Source of the DNA: an uncultured bacterium
Lineage (GTDB): Bacteria > Verrucomicrobiota > Kiritimatiellia > RFP12 > UBA1067
Assembly (NCBI GenBank): GCA_902773015.1
Contig: CACYCW010000054.1
Location: 1 to 35,455 of the forward strand
Direction of reading: 5' to 3'
Length of the DNA: 35,455 nucleotides
A program made the translations under genes and the position numbers. Positions 32,696 to 35,455 of the stretch are shown here, one piece after another. Every line of letters starts with the position of its first letter. Within the stretch, counting starts at the first letter, position 1. The notes beneath the pieces were generated by a model. It had not been told where the DNA came from. It did not search any database and saw only the letters and a list, made by a program, of their open reading frames with translations.

Positions 32696-33904
32696 ATGAA
32701 TACAGCACTGAAAAGTCATTACGGCATCTACGGCGGCCAGTATGTCGCCGAAACGCTCATGAAACCACTCGCCGACATGGAGGCGGCTTACGCCAAGGCG
32801 AAGGCCGACCCGGAGTTCCAGCGCGAGTTCCACGAGATCCTGTGCGACTACGTGGGGCGCGAGTCACCCCTCACGTGCTGCCGCCGCCTCTCGGCGAGCC
32901 TGGGCGGTGCGCAGATCGTGCTCAAGCGCGAGGACCTCAATCACACCGGCGCACACAAGGTGAACAACACCATCGGGCAGGCGCTTCTCGCGCGGCGGAT
33001 GGGCAAGAGGCGCCTTATCGCCGAGACCGGGGCGGGCATGCACGGCGTCGCGACGGCGACTGTCGCGGCGCTCTTCGGCATACCCTGCGAAGTCTACATG
33101 GGGGCGATCGACGTGAAGCGCCAGGCACCGAATGTCGCGCGCATGGAGATGCTCGGTGCGACCGTGCACGCGGTCTCCGAGGGCAGCGCCACGTTGAAGG
33201 ACGCGATGAACGAGGCGATTCGCGATTGGGTGACGAATTGCGACGACACGTTCTACGTGATCGGCACGGTGGCGGGTCCCCATCCATACCCGGCGATGGT
33301 GCGCGACTTCCAGAGCGTGATCGGCGTCGAGGCGCGGCGACAGTGCCTGGAGAAGTTCGGTCGTCTGCCCGACCAGGCGATCGCCTGCGTCGGCGGCGGC
33401 TCGAACGCGATGGGACTCTTCGAGGGCTTCCTGGACGATCCGTCGGTGCGGCTCGTCGGCGTCGAGGCGGGCGGCAAGGGCCTCGCCACGGGTGAGCATG
33501 CCGCGTCCATCAATGGCGGCCGTCTCGGCGTCCTTCACGGCGCGAAGACGATGCTTTTGCAGACCGACGCAGGACAGATCATCGACACCTATTCCGTCTC
33601 GGCCGGGCTCGACTATCCCGGCGTCGGGCCGGAGCATTGCCTTCTGCACGACACGGGACGCGCCGAGTACTCGGTCATCAACGACGATGAGGCGATTGAG
33701 GCGTTCGACCAGCTCTGCCGCTTCGAGGGAATCATCCCGGCGCTCGAGTCGAGTCATGCGGTCGCCGAGGCGATCAAGCGCGCTCCAACGCTGCCGCCCG
33801 AGACGATCCTGCTCGTCAACCTCTCGGGTCGTGGCGACAAGGATCTCGCAAGCATCGCCGCCTGGAAGGAAAATCACCCGTCGGCCATCGACAGCGGTCG
33901 ATAG
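32696..33904 (+). CDS. trpB: Tryptophan synthase beta chain
   Basis: '[11 protein letters not shown]', '[14 protein letters not shown]', '[11 protein letters not shown]', 'GGGSNAMG', '[13 protein letters not shown]', '[12 protein letters not shown]'. SD AAAGGAGA. Confidence 0.95.
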   Translation: MNTALKSHYGIYGGQYVAETLMKPLADMEAAYAKAKADPEFQREFHEILCDYVGRESPLTCCRRLSASLGGAQIVLKREDLNHTGAHKVNNTIGQALLARRMGKRRLIAETGAGMHGVATATVAALFGIPCEVYMGAIDVKRQAPNVARMEMLGATVHAVSEGSATLKDAMNEAIRDWVTNCDDTFYVIGTVAGPHPYPAMVRDFQSVIGVEARRQCLEKFGRLPDQAIACVGGGSNAMGLFEGFLDDPSVRLVGVEAGGKGLATGEHAASINGGRLGVLHGAKTMLLQTDAGQIIDTYSVSAGLDYPGVGPEHCLLHDTGRAEYSVINDDEAIEAFDQLCRFEGIIPALESSHAVAEAIKRAPTLPPETILLVNLSGRGDKDLASIAAWKENHPSAIDSGR

Positions 33905-33927
33905 CGATCGACGGCGGTCGAAACAAC
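33887..33927 (+). repeat. 10-bp-phased TCGACrGC repeat (4 units) over the trpB stop
   Basis: tcgacagcgg/tcgatagcga/tcgacggcgg/tcgaaacaac. Perfect hairpin ATCGAC-agcg-GTCGAT (33887-33902). Confidence 0.55.
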
Positions 33928-33958
33928 CGTATCCCATTCGAAACCAGATAAAAACAAA

Positions 33959-34741
33959 ATGAAAACCATGAAACCGACAACCACCCGAATCACCGACTGC
34001 TTCGCTCGCGCGAAGGCGGCGGGGCATCCCGCGTTTGTCGCCTATCTGACGATGGGCTATCCGACGCTCGCGAAGAGCGAGACGGCCATCGAGGAGCTCC
34101 TTGCCGGCGGCGCCGATATCATCGAGCTCGGCGTGCCGTTCTCCGATCCGTTCGCCGACGGAGCTGTCATCCGATCCGCCGCCTACGAAGCGCTTCGCCA
34201 GGAGGTCACGCTCGACGACGTGCTGGCGCTCGCTGCACGCGTCCGCATCAGACATCCCGAGACGCCGCTCGTCGTCTTCTCCTACTACAATCTCATCCTC
34301 TCAAAGGGGCCCGAGACGTTCGCCGCGGCCGCCGCCGAGGCCGGCGTTGACGCCGTGCTCGTCGTCGACCTGCCGCTTGAGGAGCGCGACGAACTTCTCG
34401 ACGTGCTGCGTCCGCATGGCCTCACGCTCGTGCCGCTCATCGCGCCGAACACGCCGATCGAGCGCGTCGTCGCGAGCGCGGAGGGGCTGGAGAACAGCTT
34501 CCTCTACATCATCACCGTGAAGGGGATCACGGGTGCGCGTGCGGAACTGCCGCCGGAACTCACCGCACGGCTGCAGGCGATCCGCGCCGCGGTGAGGGTG
34601 CCCATCGCGGCTGGCTTCGGGGTCTCGACCCGGGCGCAGGCGGCGGAGATCGGGCGTCATGCCGACGGATTCATCGTCGGCTCGGCGCTGGTGAAGCGCC
34701 TCGGCGAGACGGGGTCGCTTGCAGGGGAGCTGCTCGCGTGA
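33959..34741 (+). CDS. trpA: Tryptophan synthase alpha chain
   Basis: 'FVAYLTMGYP', 'ELGVPFSDPFADGAVI', 'FSYYN', 'VVDLPLEE', 'GFGVS'. Confidence 0.9.
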   Translation: MKTMKPTTTRITDCFARAKAAGHPAFVAYLTMGYPTLAKSETAIEELLAGGADIIELGVPFSDPFADGAVIRSAAYEALRQEVTLDDVLALAARVRIRHPETPLVVFSYYNLILSKGPETFAAAAAEAGVDAVLVVDLPLEERDELLDVLRPHGLTLVPLIAPNTPIERVVASAEGLENSFLYIITVKGITGARAELPPELTARLQAIRAAVRVPIAAGFGVSTRAQAAEIGRHADGFIVGSALVKRLGETGSLAGELLA

Positions 34742-35334
34742 CGCGCCGACCGCTCCTCAAGGTCTGCGGCATCAACGATGCCGCTTTCGCCGCGCGCGCC
34801 GCCGCGCTAGGGGTCGACTACCTCGGATTCATCTTCGAGCCGTCCTCCCCGCGCGCGGTGACGCCCGGCTGGGCAAGGGCGACGCGGGCGGCCTTGCCGC
34901 GTTCCGTCACGGTGGTCGGCGTGTTCGTTCACCAGACGGTCGGGGAGATCCGTTCGGTGGTCGACGATGTCGGACTTGATGTCGTGCAACTCCATCGCGC
35001 GGCGACGGATGACGAAATCCGCGCGCTGCAGAAGGCCGGGGTGCGCGTCTGGACGCTTGACGACGGTATCCGGCAGGATGGCGGCGTGGCGGACGGGATT
35101 GTCGTCGACGGACGCGATGGCGCGCGGAGCGGTGGCACGGGACGTCTCGCGGACTGGCCCCGCGCCCATCAGCTGGCCGCACGCGATGTCTTCACGATTC
35201 TCGCGGGCGGACTTGGGGCTGAAAACCTCGCGGCGGCCGCCGAGACCGGGGCCGCCGTTCTGGATGCGAACAGTGCCCTTGAGACCGCGCCGGGCGTCAA
35301 GTCCATCCGGCGGCTCGAGGCGCTAATGCGATAG
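34738..35334 (+). CDS. trpF: Phosphoribosylanthranilate isomerase (GTG start, GTGA overlap with trpA)
   Basis: 'LLKVCGI', 'GVDYLGFIFEPSSPRAV', 'VQLH', 'ILAGGL', 'DANSALETAPGVKS'. Confidence 0.85.
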   Translation: MTRRPLLKVCGINDAAFAARAAALGVDYLGFIFEPSSPRAVTPGWARATRAALPRSVTVVGVFVHQTVGEIRSVVDDVGLDVVQLHRAATDDEIRALQKAGVRVWTLDDGIRQDGGVADGIVVDGRDGARSGGTGRLADWPRAHQLAARDVFTILAGGLGAENLAAAAETGAAVLDANSALETAPGVKSIRRLEALMR

Positions 35335-35382
35335 GGTTCGGGCGAGTGGCCTGGTCGCGCGTTTCCGAGAACTTCACGACCC

Positions 35383-35411
35383 TTGCGTGCGTCGTGGGAA
35401 TGTGCTATACT
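35383..35411 (+). promoter_or_regulatory. Promoter for the next (mostly off-window) gene: -35 TTGCGT, 17-bp spacer, extended -10 TGCTATACT
   Basis: Read directly. An ATG at 35451 preceded by AAAGGAACGAAC may start the next CDS. Confidence 0.45.
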
Positions 35412-35455
35412 GTCCACATTACAGGCATAAGTGATCGTCAAAGGAACGAACATGA

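Noticed and set aside
733-34255. Many long antisense or out-of-frame ORFs in the track. Examples: 733-1719(-), 1550-2737(-), 2686-3975(-), 4470-5843(-), 9998-11074(-), 11133-12266(-), 12188-13282(-), 12939-14171(-), 14135-15379(-), 17725-18870(-), 21577-22878(-), 25777-27216(-), 28754-29902(-), 32864-34255(-).
   Set aside because: They lie opposite or overlapping genes with unmistakable family motifs. Their translations are Arg/Pro/Ala/Gly-rich low-complexity strings typical of shadow ORFs in high-GC DNA, and none shows a recognisable motif.

Overview
GC-rich (roughly 63-65% by eye) bacterial chromosomal window. Coding is almost all on the plus strand, in tight operons with many 4-nt ATGA/GTGA stop/start overlaps. 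No searches were run, so every call rests on motifs read from the ORF translations and the DNA.

Gene content, in order:
- 3' end of a GspE/PilB secretion ATPase.
- galM.
- lpxI-lpxB, followed by a hybrid sensor kinase.
- A minus-strand secreted tandem-SGNH esterase.
- A ~1.2 kb AT-richer island of gene debris with no intact gene.
- A redox cluster: a DoxX-fusion protein, a stand-alone DoxX, a Tat-signal paralog of the fusion's C-domain, etfB, a ferredoxin-etfA and ETF:quinone oxidoreductase.
- An RsmC-like methyltransferase and an M50 protease.
- prs-pth-hydF.
- A hexose-6-P epimerase-like gene.
- An unassigned 555-aa EF-hand/Cys-rich membrane protein, translationally coupled to a pseudopilin operon (gspG-H-I-J-K).
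- folD.
- An RRM/RGG RNA-binding protein.
- A complete trp operon, trpE-G-(D~C fusion)-B-A-F.

Strongest non-obvious signals:
1. A classic ribosome-mediated trp attenuator with a WWW leader peptide.
2. The EF-hand membrane protein fused into the pseudopilin operon.
3. A fused and a split version of a DoxX + unknown-domain module next to an ETF/ETF-QO set.
4. A family of strictly 10-bp-phased TCGACrGC repeat arrays at intercistronic junctions, especially inside the trp operon.
5. Near-duplicate promoters, and a recurrent extended -10 (TGnTATAAT).

Lineage guess (inference only): an anaerobic member of the PVC group, Kiritimatiellota/Verrucomicrobiota/Lentisphaerota-like.
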